Notes under the pieces: generated by a model
The model's database searches: none
Told to the model about the DNA's origin: nothing
The model's input: the letters and a program-made list of their open reading frames with translations, nothing else
Position numbers and translations under genes: made by a program
Shown: one piece after another, positions 19,301 through 30,112 of the stretch
Numbering within the stretch: position 1 is the first letter of the stretch
Layout: each line of letters opens with the position of its first letter
Source: Prasinococcaceae sp. CCMP 1430
Taxonomy: Eukaryota; Plantae; Prasinodermophyta
DNA: 64,000 nt
Direction of reading: 5' to 3'
Assembly (NCBI GenBank): GCA_013416795.1
Contig: RQSC01000012.1
Coordinates: 1-64,000 of the forward strand

Positions 19301-20614
19301 CAACACGGCCCGGGCACGCGCCAGTGCCGCCGCTGAGACGCGCACTTGCTCATTATTTCCTGTCAAGAATCCTCCCATGGTATGGGGCGGCGGACCCTGC
19401 TCTTCTTGCTGCGGCAGTCGCAGCTGGGACTGCGGCGGCGCAAGGGGGGGCTCGTCGTGCGCCAGGGCATCTGGCACGATGTGCACCGGCTGGAAGTGCA
19501 CTCCGCCCTCGCCACCAGTCGCGTCTACAGCAGCGTCAAGCATGTCGATGTCCTCCTGCGCTATTTGTCCTCCACGCTGTAGCACCGGAGAGGTCGTGGT
19601 TCCCTGCGCATCCAGCGCAAAGTCCAAGGGGAGGTCTGCAGCAAGCGACGATTGCTGGCACTCGTCAGGGCCATAAAAAGATGGCAGAGGCGGGGCCAGC
19701 GGGGCGACCGGCGGCGCGGTCGGCAGCGCGGCCGCCCCTCGTGCTGGGCTGACGAGCCCAACAGGCGACACTCGCTCCGGCGGGCACTCCTGTGAGAAGT
19801 AGTTGAATGCACCCGCAGGCGCCAGTGGCGGTTCGCACGCCTCAACGAGCGTCTCTGCGACTGTCGACGGGAGTGCGCTCACCGCCTGTCGCCTCTGCTC
19901 ACCGCCACTGCGCCCCCGCTCCTGCTGTTGCTGCTCATACACGGCTTCTTGCAGCTGCGTCCCTGGCACGGTCTGATACATAGTGGCGTGTACCACGTCA
20001 TCGCCGTCGCTGTCGCTGTCGAGCACGCCCGTGTTCAGCTGTGTGGCAGGCACCGCGCTCGGCGCCACTGCAGCAGCAGGCAAGTCCGCCAGTCCACTCT
20101 CGGTGTTGTCGCCATTGCTCAGCGGCACAGAGACCATGACGCCGTCGACCTCAGCTGCCGCAGCGATCTGAGCGGCGACGTCCGTTGCAGTGCGCACCAC
20201 GGGCGTCTCGGGTACCGCTCCGGCGCTGCCTCCACCAAATGAGCAGCTCGGTACCATGTCTGTGGCAGGCACAGACGCCGCCAAGTTCGCGAGGCCCGCT
20301 GGCGATGTCCTGCACGCGAACGGTGTTGCGTGGACCTGCGTCGCCTTCTGCGCAGCACCACCGTTCGCAGCGTTGGCGCGGCGCGCTGCGTCGAAGAGCG
20401 CGTCAAGCTGGCTGTCCTCCTCACGTGCGCCGCGCAGCGCCTCACCGATGGTTCCTAGCTTTGGCGGCGCTGTGCCGTGCGCTCCGCTGCCTACCGTCCA
20501 TTGCCCTGACACGCGCGTGCCGCCTGCGGACGGCTCCGTGCCAACCACGGCAGCGGCCGCGACATCAAGCCGCAGCGCGCGTAGCGCGCATTGCACAGAC
20601 GACGCAAACGGCAT
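16361..20614 (-). CDS. BRCA2: BRCA2 homolog with six BRC repeats plus helical/OB DNA-binding domain
   Basis: Six repeats of FxTGNNxxVxVSxxAxARAxxxL. DNA-binding-domain motifs WVQNAWRWIVWKLACYD, QLCYRYEREL, VEVTDGWY, LALRYNSVRPAAWPARLG. Single exon. Confidence 0.95.
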   Translation of the reverse strand: MPFASSVQCALRALRLDVAAAAVVGTEPSAGGTRVSGQWTVGSGAHGTAPPKLGTIGEALRGAREEDSQLDALFDAARRANAANGGAAQKATQVHATPFACRTSPAGLANLAASVPATDMVPSCSFGGGSAGAVPETPVVRTATDVAAQIAAAAEVDGVMVSVPLSNGDNTESGLADLPAAAVAPSAVPATQLNTGVLDSDSDGDDVVHATMYQTVPGTQLQEAVYEQQQQERGRSGGEQRRQAVSALPSTVAETLVEACEPPLAPAGAFNYFSQECPPERVSPVGLVSPARGAAALPTAPPVAPLAPPLPSFYGPDECQQSSLAADLPLDFALDAQGTTTSPVLQRGGQIAQEDIDMLDAAVDATGGEGGVHFQPVHIVPDALAHDEPPLAPPQSQLRLPQQEEQGPPPHTMGGFLTGNNEQVRVSAAALARARAVLGDDAPPEAVQCLQGGEVRAQTGPPPSTGGVFVTGNNRPVQVPSAAVAQARDMLDGDAPPDQEQRQKQSRSPPHPLAPLPTPAAQPATVGFMTGNNRPVQISAGAMARAKALIGDDAPASGAQVRPPEGRPSVSGPLGFITGNNRPVEISADAMARARRVFGDDMPLLGDDAPLDQAQERCAGGSGIPPPPAATGGFVTGNNRPVQVSAAAMARARAMLGEDADDGKAAPALPPAATGGFVTGNNRPVQVSAAAMARARAMLGEDADDGKAAPEHATPAAAPRAASRVPRAVPFSAPPQDRPRPLGPHNAIPRGVTPMAAKTSRQLPRSAVKFNTPGLAGGKRRAGFKTPATTNPKKASRLMTPKSAPAAARPPRQPLHDMYENGRDRSPLWGAFYAQPPFARGRPAAPVPPHVAAMNSMTAADFEFGKSPYGLNAETARGQLVMMGADEKLLTQEWVQNAWRWIVWKLACYDRAFGDVLAGQALSEANVKEQLCYRYERELAGSGRPAIRKVCEHDLSPATPMTLCVARIVGVDDTRKSSVGAVVEVTDGWYGVLAELDQNLADLVRQERIAEGTKLNVCCAELIGTAASTPAPPLDRARERVLALRYNSVRPAAWPARLGEHREPFIVPLKGTLQNGGTIPTTRVVIVRVLPTVFMEKRTDGTHAFRSARAEELAGEAHRVLINDAYEQAVAHNDKCGAANDPERTCEGISERLGGSDNLERNVTCRATALVIPVPRHQNDDQLPIFEISIWRPNEDLLAMMRPGAGMLVTGLVPDVRAKRPQLQQSKGTAWMPWEAPPRLSEQAVRMSLPDPLWDIRAVVPGDRLDTVCCVVHCGEPSETGKGETTQWVFFAVPSPSPKCELLAVEFVDGGNGFKPFSLPASKHTRHAKDAKGARAAAHPTLLLRRLEMMGQDHAAKMCQGRMKAADGASYELASETGSPCDKVTKALEACEKWKASELGHTKLQAMVGHVKGVLGV
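18489..18736. repeat. Tandem duplication with 129-bp period (BRC repeats 5 and 6)
   Basis: Copies 18489-18607 and 18618-18736 differ at one synonymous position (CACAAA vs CACGAA, Phe TTT/TTC). Period is 43 codons. Confidence 0.95.
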
Positions 20615-21042
20615 GGCGCAAGCAGCGGACGGCTACTGCTGCCACGCTTAGGGTGCGCCTATCCCCTCACGCCCGTCTCATGGGGCGAGCCAGGCAGTCG
20701 GCCCCGCGCACTGCCGCGCTGCCGGCGCCTCGCCCCGCGCGCTCGCACGAGCGCGCGAATGCACGAGCAGGCGCACACCCCAGCCGCCCGATTTTCGTTT
20801 GTCGTCCCCTCCTCCCCCTCTCTGTGCGAGGGGCGCGATGCGTGAGCGTCGCACGGGGCGGCGGGGCGGGGGGGCGGGTGGTGAGGGCCTGTGCGGGTCG
20901 GAGCGCACGTGCCCCACCTTGTGGCCGCCCCGGGCGCGTGCGCGCACCAACACCCCCGCCATGGAAAAATATTCGAAACTGCCCTCCCGCTAGGTACTGC
21001 ACCTGGCCGGCCCCATCTCCCTCACGCTGACTGACCGAGTGA

Positions 21043-24000
21043 GTGCGCGCATCTCTTACTGATGGCTGGCTGGGTCGAAGTGCCTGTCAAACGCGGGCGC
21101 GTTCCGGGGCGCGCGCGGCGCCGCGGGCGCTCGCGGATGCCGAATCGGATGGGGACCCTCCGTTGGCGCGGGCGGCGCCGCTGTCGCTCGACGGCGACGT
21201 GGAGGACGTGATCGCGGCCGCGGCTGCGGCGCCTCCTTTGCCCGAGCCGCTCGCGCGCGCGGCGGCCCGCACGGGAAAAGGCAGCGGCCCCGGAGCATGC
21301 GGCGCGACGGCGGGGGAGGGTGGCCTCGAGGCCGCTGAGGGCGCCGTCTGGGGTGCGCTGGGCGATCGCGAGCACGGTGACGCACCCGACAGCCAGGAGG
21401 GACTGCTGACGCCAGAGGAGGACTCGTCGGACGACGATGGATGGGCCGAACAGGACGCGGGTGGCGGCGGTGATAAGGCGGAGGACGAAGAGGAGGAGGA
21501 AGAGGAGCGGAGGAGGGTGCTGGCGACCTACGGCGAGGAGAAGGGCGATGCCGCGCCAGCAGATCCTGCCGTAGCAGGCGCGGCGCTCCCCACTAACGCA
21601 GATGGCAGCTGCGACGCGGGAGACGGCGCACACATTGGCGGCATAGGAGAGCGCGCCTGTGCAGGCGTGACTGGTGCGAGCGGCGGTGCAGACGTCGACG
21701 CGCAAGTGGTGGAATTTGATGCCAACGTGGAAGGTCGAGCGCTCGTCGAGCGTGCCAAGAGTACCCAGGCCGCTACGACTGGCAAGGGAGCGCGCGTGAG
21801 TGCCGCGGACAAGTTTCGGACCGAAATGGTGCACAAGATGCACGTGATGTGCATCGTGGCGCGCGGGCAGCGCCTTGACGCGCTGGCGGACTCAGATGAC
21901 TTGCGAGCCATGATAGTCAGCCACGATGCCGACAGTGTCATCAATCATGTGCGCGATAGGCGCGCGTCGCTGGAGTCGCTCGGTGCGTTCACCGATTGGT
22001 TTACCAAGGCCCTCCGGCGCATCGATGGCGATGGCGATGCGACCGTCGAGAGCTGCGTTGATGCGGCTGCTGCTATGAGCGTCACCGAGGACCAAGCAGC
22101 CGTCATTTGCTGCGCTGCCCTGCGTACTGCGAACCTCCCTGCAAGGCTGGTCGTTGCTGTTGATGCGGTAGCTGCGAAGGCCACCGTCGCGAGTGTGCGC
22201 AAGGAAGGGCTCCAGCACGCACCACCGTGCAGCGGCGCGATTGGCGGCAGCAAAGCGAAAGCCATGGTGCATGAAGTATCCTTCGTGCCCGACGTGCGCG
22301 CAACAACGAGGGGAAAGCAATCCGCTGCGAAGACACTCGCTTTGGGCACGGCGCATCGAGACAAGGGCAAGGGCAAGGCGGAGCCGCAGCCATGGCACAA
22401 GCCTGACGTGATCGCAATAAGCAGTGATAGCGATGATAACGACGTCATCGTGACAGGCTCGACGCCTGCGAAGAGGAAGGCGACAGCTGCGACTCCTCAA
22501 GCGACCGACGGAGATAATGAGGACGAGGAACTGCGCATGGCCATCGCCATGAGCCTGGACAATGACCAAGAGCAGCAACAGCAGCCGTCGCCGCAGGCGC
22601 AAGTTTCGTCGAGGGCGCGACAGAGTGTGCGTGATGATGCCCCCAGGCAGACGAAGCATGAGCCAAAGCGCCAAAAGACTAGCGAGGGACGTCGTGCGTC
22701 CCGTGCGGACGCGGAAGAAGAGGCTGCCCTTGCAATGGCCATGCAGGCGACAGCTGCAGCAGTTTCGAAACCCATCGGTCCTGCCCCTAAGGCATCTTTG
22801 CCGCCCAAGGAGCTGTGGAAACAAGCGCACATGCCGCGAAAATCTACCAAGACGAAGGTATATTCGTGTGCAGCGCGCGCCAGGCACATACGAGCGCCAA
22901 AGCACATATTCTAACTTTGCGCACATTTTGCGCTCACGCGCGCGTGCCGCCCCCTCCCCCCCCCGGCCTTCCTCCGCGCCATTCCAGTGCTACGCGGAAA
23001 CGCACTGGGTCGAAGTCTTCTCTGAAAGTGAACGGCGCTGGTTGCACGTGGACCCACTCTCTGGCGAGATCGACTGCCCCGAGGCAATCGGCGAGCGCCG
23101 GCAGAAGGCGCACAGGCCGGCATTCAGCTATGTCGTCGGCTTTGCCGGTGGCGGCGGCAAGGACGTCACGCGGCGGTACGCTATCGCGTGGCAAGTGGTC
23201 GTGCGCATGCGCACAGACGCCAGGTGGTGGGCGGCGCTCATGGCGCCCCTCGAAGCGCGCGAGAGAGCGGCAACCAACGCAATCACTACGTGGGTGAACA
23301 CATCCAAGCCAGACACCGACGATGACGTATACGAGATACCGCCACCAGTGAGCACAGCGGGCGCCTCTGGCTCTGGTTGCGCGAGTGGGGCTGGTGCTAG
23401 TGGCACGGCGCGCAAGGGTAGCGTTGCCGGCGCCAATGCGAACGCCAAGGCCGCCAGGGCTGCAGCCAATGTCGAGAAGCGCCTCGCGTCGGGCGCAGGC
23501 GGCATCGGCGGCTTTGTTGTGCAACCCACGCGCGCGATGGTCGAAGAGGCTGAACTGATGGAGCGCGCTGTGAAAGAGCCGCTGCCGACGACCATAGAGG
23601 CGTGCAAGCGGCACCCGCGCTACGCCATGGAGCGTCATCTGACAAAGTACGAGGCGATACACCCGCGCAAGGTCGTTGGCTACGTCCGTGGCGAGGCTGT
23701 GTTTGCGCGCTCCTCTGTGAGGCTGTTGCATACTCGGGACAAATGGCTGGCGCACGGCCGCAAGGTGCGCGAGGGCGAAGAGGCGTTCAAGAGCGTTTCC
23801 GCGCGGACCAATCGCGCCGCAGAGCAGCGCAAGAACCGCAAGGAGATTGAGAGGCGCAAGGCCAAGTACGCCAACGCTGAGGCTGAGGGTGAGCTTGAGC
23901 AGGCGATGGCAGAGGACGGTGTGGGCGACGACCAAGTGGGCGTGGGCGATGCCGGCGACGGCGCAGGTGATGACCGGCCCGCTCTGCCCTCGACGGAGCT

Positions 24001-24622
24001 CTTCGGTGAGTGGCAGACAGATGCCTGGCGCCCAGCCGCGGCAGAGGACCCACTCAAGGTGCCCAAAAATTCCAGGGGTCAGGTGGACCTCTTCAGCGAT
24101 AAGATGCTGCCCGAGGGCTGCGCGCACGTGCGCCTCCCGCGCGTAGCTGCTGTGGCCAAGAAGCTCGGCGTGGACTATGCGCCGGCTATGGTAGGTTTCG
24201 AGCGGCAAAAGGGGCGCAGTGTCCCCTCCTTCGACGGCATCGTCGTCGCGCAGGCACAGGCGCAGCTCGTGGAGGATGCATGGCACCAGCAGGAGGAAGA
24301 GCGCAAGCGTCAGGCGCAGCAGAAGGCGCGAGAGGAGGCCCGTGCCACGTGGCGGCGTCTCCTGCGCACTCTACATGATTTCCGCCGGTTCGAGGCGATG
24401 TGCGATGACGGCATAGCCGCTGCTGTGGGTCCGAAAGCTGGGGAGAAGTCCGCGTACGCCGCGACCCCAAGCGCCGAGGCCGAGCATGGCGCCGCGGGTG
24501 ACGCTGTAGGTGCGTCCACGGCCGACGAGGCCGATGGCGCTGCCACAGCGTCAGGGGCAGACGAGGACGGGCCCGCTGCTAATCGGTACAACGCTGTGCC
24601 CGAAGACATTGAGACCATATGA
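21043..24622 (+). CDS. XPC: XPC/RAD4 nucleotide-excision-repair damage sensor
   Basis: EMVHKMHVMCIVARG, HWVEVF...WLHVDP, GKDVTRRY, HPRYAMERHL, LFGEWQT, VPKNSRGQVD, DYAPAMVGFE, GIVV. Intron 22858-22987 is in frame. True start not identified (open frame begins at GTG 21043). Confidence 0.95.
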
Positions 24623-24663
24623 AACCCTTTTGTGTAATTTATGTATGTGTACATGTCTGACTG

Positions 24664-25890
24664 CTACCGCGCGTCAGGGTCAAACTCGACGGCGCCGCTG
24701 CCAAAGATCTCCTCCTTCGCCACGAAGCCGTCGTCATTGACGAAGGCGCCCGGCAGAGGCACGAGGCTGTTGTAGTGCTCACCGAGGCCGAATGCGTGCT
24801 GGTGGAAGGTGACGCGAATGGGAGGCTCACGAATGGTGGCAAACTCGGTGCCCATGTCAATGGTGGGCAGGTGGGCTGAGTACACTTTGATGTGCTTGCG
24901 CAGCGTCCGCGCGAGCGCGCCAAGCTCGACCTGCCCTCCCCAGGCGGCAGTGGTCTCCATCTGCTCACAGTAGCGATCGAACGACGCGCCGCCCGCACCG
25001 TCGGCCACGAATGGCTCGAAGTCGCTCTGATTGGCACGCATGTGGCCACACGTCATCGAGCGCAGAGTCGCGTGGTCAGGCACGAAGCCTCCGGGGGGGG
25101 TCGTCCTCCTAAGCTGCGCCTCGATGGATCTGAACATGCAGTGGCCGTCAGCGGTGATTTCCTCCACAATCAAGCCGCGCGGTTTAAGAAGCTTGTTGAG
25201 CTTGTCCTCCTCGCGCTCCTGGTCGGTCGGGCCCAGCGCTGCTTTCTCGGCGGCGATACGCTCGTTGCGCTCGGCCTCCTCACGGCGCTTCTTCTCGAGC
25301 CGCTTTTGCGCCTTGGACTTTTTGCCGGTGCCGCCACTCAGCCCTGCGTCTTCGACGTCGTCTGAAGCTGCGCCGCTGGCGCCCCCACCCACGCCCGCGC
25401 CAGTATTCGCGAGCTCGCGCGCGTGGCGCGCCTCCACCTCCGCCTCGAGCAGCGCCGCCTTCGCGGCAGCCTCTTGCTTGGCCTTCTTGCCCCCCTTCTG
25501 CCCATCCTTCTTGATGCGCATGAGCTTGGCCTGCAGCTCCTTGATCTCCTTTTTGTGGCGCGCGGCCATCGCGTCGGCACTCTCCACGGGCTCGGTAGGC
25601 TCGCTCGCCCTCGCGCTTTGCTCTTCCCCACCGACAGCATCTTCTCCCCCTGGCGCAGCCTCCTCTACAGCCGGCTCGGTGACAGCGGCACCTGCCTCCT
25701 CCTCCCCGCCAGCGCCGCGGCCCTCCCCGGCCGCCTTCTCCTCCTTGGCAGCCTTGGCCGCCTTTGCGGCCGCGGCGGCCGCCGCAACGCCGCCGCCACC
25801 GCCGCCCGGCCGCAGGCTCATCATCATCATCGCCGCGGACATGCCGCCCGCACCGCCGCCGCCACCCGGGCGTAGACTCACGCCTTCCAT
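24664..25890 (-). CDS. OTU-domain deubiquitinase, OTUD6/Otu2-like
   Basis: Catalytic ADGHCMFRSI, WGGQVELGAL, HAFGLGEHYNS. Typical lysine-rich N-terminal helices RHKKEIKELQ and KKSKAQKRLEKK. Confidence 0.92.
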   Translation of the reverse strand: MEGVSLRPGGGGGAGGMSAAMMMMSLRPGGGGGGVAAAAAAAKAAKAAKEEKAAGEGRGAGGEEEAGAAVTEPAVEEAAPGGEDAVGGEEQSARASEPTEPVESADAMAARHKKEIKELQAKLMRIKKDGQKGGKKAKQEAAAKAALLEAEVEARHARELANTGAGVGGGASGAASDDVEDAGLSGGTGKKSKAQKRLEKKRREEAERNERIAAEKAALGPTDQEREEDKLNKLLKPRGLIVEEITADGHCMFRSIEAQLRRTTPPGGFVPDHATLRSMTCGHMRANQSDFEPFVADGAGGASFDRYCEQMETTAAWGGQVELGALARTLRKHIKVYSAHLPTIDMGTEFATIREPPIRVTFHQHAFGLGEHYNSLVPLPGAFVNDDGFVAKEEIFGSGAVEFDPDAR

Positions 25891-26213
25891 CGCTGCCGCC
25901 GCGGGGGGCGCAGCGCGCGTCTCCTCGCACCTACCCAGCGAGCCGCCGCCCGCGCGCACTGTGGTTTTCGACCCTAGCTCGGCGAGGCTTCCAGGTTTCG
26001 ACTGGGTGCCTATCTAGCTAGGTGGGGGCTACGTACGAGCTCAGCGAGAGAGGCGGCGACGCATGGGTGATGTGGCAGAGCGTGTGCGCCACGCGGCACC
26101 CCCGAGGCGGGCGGTGAGGTGTTGGGAGGAACTTGGCGTCGCACGCAGGTGCGGTCACCTCCGGACCTCTGGTTCGTACTTTGCGAGGGGAGTCGAGGGG
26201 GCACGCGGCGCAG

Positions 26214-27859
26214 ATGGCGGCGCGCGCGCTGCGCGCGCTCGCGGTGGCCGCCGCGCCGGTGCGGGGCGCGGGGCGGCTCTCGGCGCGTGCAGGGGGCGAC
26301 TCCCGCCGCTGCAAGGGCCCGTCAGAGACCGCACTGGCCCTAGCGACCCGTCGCGCGTGCGCGGTGTCTGCGGCGGGCGCGGCGTCCGCAGCCGCCGGCG
26401 CGAGCGCGAGCGCTCTTGCGCCTGGGACGCTCGTGCTGGGCATCGAGTCCTCCTGTGACGACACTGGCGCCGCGGTCGTATCGGGCGACGGCGTCGTGCT
26501 TGGCGAGGCGATTGCGTCGCAGGATGCCATACATGAGCGCTGGGGGGGTGTTGTGCCGAAGCTCGCCGAGGAGGCGCATGCGGCTGCCATTGACGCTGTA
26601 GTGGACGAGGTGCTTGGCAGCGCTGGCATCGATGCGGCGCAGCTGAGCGCTGTTGCGGTGACTGTCGGGCCGGGCCTGAGCCTCTGCCTACGCGTGGGTG
26701 TCACCAAGGCGCACCGCATTGCGAGGGAGCACGGCCTCAAAGTCGTTGACGTGCACCACATGGAGGCGCACGCGCTGGTGGCGAGGCTCACAGAGAGGCA
26801 AAAGGCGCGGGAGGCTACTGCCGAGGGCGCGGCCGCTGCAGACGCTGCGGTGGCGTCCGCGGCCGCCGAGGGCGTGGCCTTCCCTTTCGTGTGCCTGCTC
26901 GTGAGCGGTGGTCACAGCATGTTCCTCCTCGCGCACGGCATCGGTGACTATACCATCCTGGGTACGTCGCTCGACGACGCTGTCGGCGAGGCCTTCGACA
27001 AAACCGCGCGGCTTCTGGGGCTGCCAGTCGGCGGCGGGGGCGGCCCGGCGCTCGAAAAACTCGCAGCCAAAGGTGACCCGACCGCGGTTCCCTTCCGCGT
27101 GCCCATGCGGCAGAAGCCTACGTGTGACTTGTCTTTTGCGGGGCTCAAGACGGCCGTGCGGTACGCGGCGGACGACATGCTCGGCGGAGGCACCGAGAGG
27201 AACGGCCACAGTGGAGGTGAGTTTTCGCCGTCGCTCCGCGCTTAGCGCTGCCCAGGGAGGTATCTGGTATGCGTGCTGACTGGCTGCTTGCGCGCGTTTC
27301 GCGCTCCAAAGGCGAGCGTATCGAGTGGGAGCCTAGCGCTGCAAACGAGCAGGTCCGTGCGGACATCGCCGCAAGCTTCCAACGCGTGGCCGTGCAGCAT
27401 CTGTGCGACCGCGCCAAGCGTGCGCTGCAGTGGGCGAGGCAACGCGAGCCGCATGTAGGCGCGCTGGTGGTTGCCGGGGGCGTGGCAGCCAACGCGACGC
27501 TGCGCGAAGGCCTCGTGGCGGTGTGCGACAAGGCAAGCGCTGGTTTGGAGGAACCCGTTCGCCTCGTGTGCCCGCCGCCGCGCTACTGCACGGACAACGG
27601 CGTCATGGTGGCGTGGGCCGGCGTGGAGAAGCTCCAGCGCGGGGAGGGGCGCATTCTGCCGCCGCTGGAAGGTGGCACTGCCGCGGAGGGCGAAGGTGAC
27701 TGGGTGGAGCTTCGGCCTCGCTGGCCGCTTGGAGTGCCGCACGAGGCTGCGACCTCAGTCAAGAGTCAGAAGAACGAGTGGGAGAGCCACATGAAGCTGA
27801 GCAGCAAGGACAAGCCCGAGGCGGAGACACAGGCAGGCGCGGCCGTCGCGAGCAAGTGA
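26214..27859 (+). CDS. OSGEPL1: Organellar tRNA N6-adenosine threonylcarbamoyltransferase (TsaD/Qri7/OSGEPL1/GCP1)
   Basis: LGIESSCDDTG, VTVGPGL, HHMEAH, LLVSGGHS, DDAVGEAFDK, SFAGLKT, VAGGVAAN, CTDNGVMVAW. Intron 27217-27311 (phase 1). Transit-peptide-like N-terminus. Confidence 0.96.
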
Positions 27860-28054
27860 CTGCTCGGGGACGCAGCTGCTCGCTCTCGCCGCCGCTATGT
27901 CAGCGGGTAATCAACCGCCTCGTGCGCATTTCTGTACAACTGGCGAGAAGGGATGGTAGGCGTACGGTTCAGTTTGCGACATGCGATTACTACGGGGTGA
28001 GCTCTGGGCGTCTCTAGGTCCGGGTAGGCGCGTGCCCGCTCGGAGGTCCACCGG

Positions 28055-28693
28055 TCACGAGAAGTCGCCCGCGCTCTTCTTCGCGATGTGCACTGACTCT
28101 CGCTTGAGCACCGTCAGCAAGGTCTGCGAGCTCTCCAAAATCTTCATGTACGCCGCCTCGGTCTGCGTTGCGCGGCAATGCAGCAATCATGTTTGTCAGC
28201 AAGACGACACGGGAGGCGCGCACGTGGCGTGGCGTGGCCGCGGCGCCCCCGGGTCCGCCATGCTCCTCGCCATCTTACCTCCTGGATGGTCTTGTCATAT
28301 TCATTGCGCGACTGAATCTTGCGCGCGAGGTTGTCGTTGAGCTGCGTGAGGCGCTTCGTGAGCACCCTATGCGCGGGGACACAGCGTGCGGAATGCGGAG
28401 ATCAGGGGGAGTTGACGGCGCATGGGGTGTCAGCTTAGTGAGTTTGCGAGTAGACGCGCACATGCTGCGCCTCGCCTGTGCGCTTGCGCCTTCTGGTGGT
28501 GGTGCGCGCTTTCGAGCCACGCGCGGAGGCGCACGCACGTCAGGTCGTTCTGGATCTTGGCCTTCTCCTCCTCCTCACGCACGAGCTGGCGCGCGATCTC
28601 CTCGCGCTTCTCTCGAAGTTCCTCGATGCACTTCACCAGCTCGTTGTTGTGGTTCTGCGCGGGCGCGGGCGGCACGGCGCCCGCCCCCGGCAT
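28055..28693 (-). CDS. SSNA1: SSNA1/NA14/DIP13 basal-body and flagellar microtubule protein
   Basis: Exons 28693-28539, 28366-28279 and 28162-28055 splice in frame to [21 protein letters not shown]...[56 protein letters not shown]. Confidence 0.95.
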
Positions 28694-29816
28694 AGCAGCA
28701 GGCGCAGGGATCTTCAGGGTCAGCGTGTGCACCGCAGTCGGATGTCAGCTTCGCGCAGCGCGGCGCTGTCACCCGCTGGCGGGCGCGGGCCCGCGCCGCA
28801 AAGCCGCCCGCGCCGCAAAGCCGCCCGCGCCGCAACGCCTCCACGGCGCCGCCGCCGGCCCCAGGCGCGCACCTGAAGGGCGGCGCTGGAGGCGGCCATG
28901 TCGCGCTCACACGGCACGCGCGGCGCTCAGCGACACGCCTGTGGCGCACTGCCCGCCCCTCCCCCCTCCCTCCGCCCCACGCACCCTCCGCCACGCCCCT
29001 TGTCCCACCGCGCCGCGTCCCCCTGCTTCCGCCCGCCCCCCTTGCGCCCGCCCGTCGACGGCCGCAACGTTCGAACGGTCGCATGCTCGCCTCTGCGCGG
29101 CTGCGCCCCCACCACGCCCCCGCCCGGCTGGCCAGCTCCAGCCAGTTCCCCCAGCCCGCAGGCCAGCCAGCGCGCCGCGGATCTGCGCGCGCGCGCGCTC
29201 GCCGGGGCCGCGCGCATTCGACATTCGCGACCCCACAAAAACACCCGCGAAGCGTCACCGTCGCGCGCCCGGCAAGCAGCGTCGGTCGACTGGCTGGCTG
29301 GTGGGCGCGCTACGAACGAACCGGCAGCGCGACGCATGGATGGTGGATGGATGGCGAGCCCGGAAGTAGATCGTTGGAAGAGCGCTGATTCCGGCACATC
29401 GCGGGGCGGGATGGAGCTGACGTGATGCGGCCGTACATCCGCCCGGCGAGGGACGCTCCTCTTCGCTCCGGCCGGGCGGCGAGGGGCGTGCGGTCGCGCT
29501 CGCGCTCGGTCGGTCGGGGAACGACCGCATGCGATTTGATCTCGTTTTCGCCGACGCTCCCGCCCCCGCGCGCTCGTTTGTTTGTGCAATGCATTCAGAG
29601 GCGCCCTGCATTCGGAGGCGCTGCCGCGCACTCCTGTCGCACCGGCCGGTCGCACCGGTGCGGCCGATGGGGACTGCGTAGAACTTGCGTGCACCGCTGC
29701 GGATTGGACGCACCTGACTGATGACTAAAGCAGCGCGTGCTGCGGCCGGCTGGATGTGCAGGTTCCCGGGAGCGCGACGGCCAGACTGCGCGCCCGCCGC
29801 GAGGCCCGTGCGCACC

Positions 29817-30074
29817 ATGGCGCCGCCGGCGGGTGTGGAGCTCCCCATGCTACCGGGATTCTCCCCGCAGGACCCGACGGTCCGTGCGCGCCTGGCTCGC
29901 CAGCCCGCCGCTGCGCCGGGCTCCGCCCTGCTGCTGTGGCGGGCAGTGCGCACCGCACGCCGCCGCGCCTGTTGCGTTCGCACACGCTCGCTCGCTCGTT
30001 CGGCCGCGTCCGCTTTCGGGCGATGCCCGAAAAGGCAGGAGCTCGCGTTTGGCACGCGCGCGCGGGGGGGGGGG

Positions 30075-30112
<38 letters not shown>

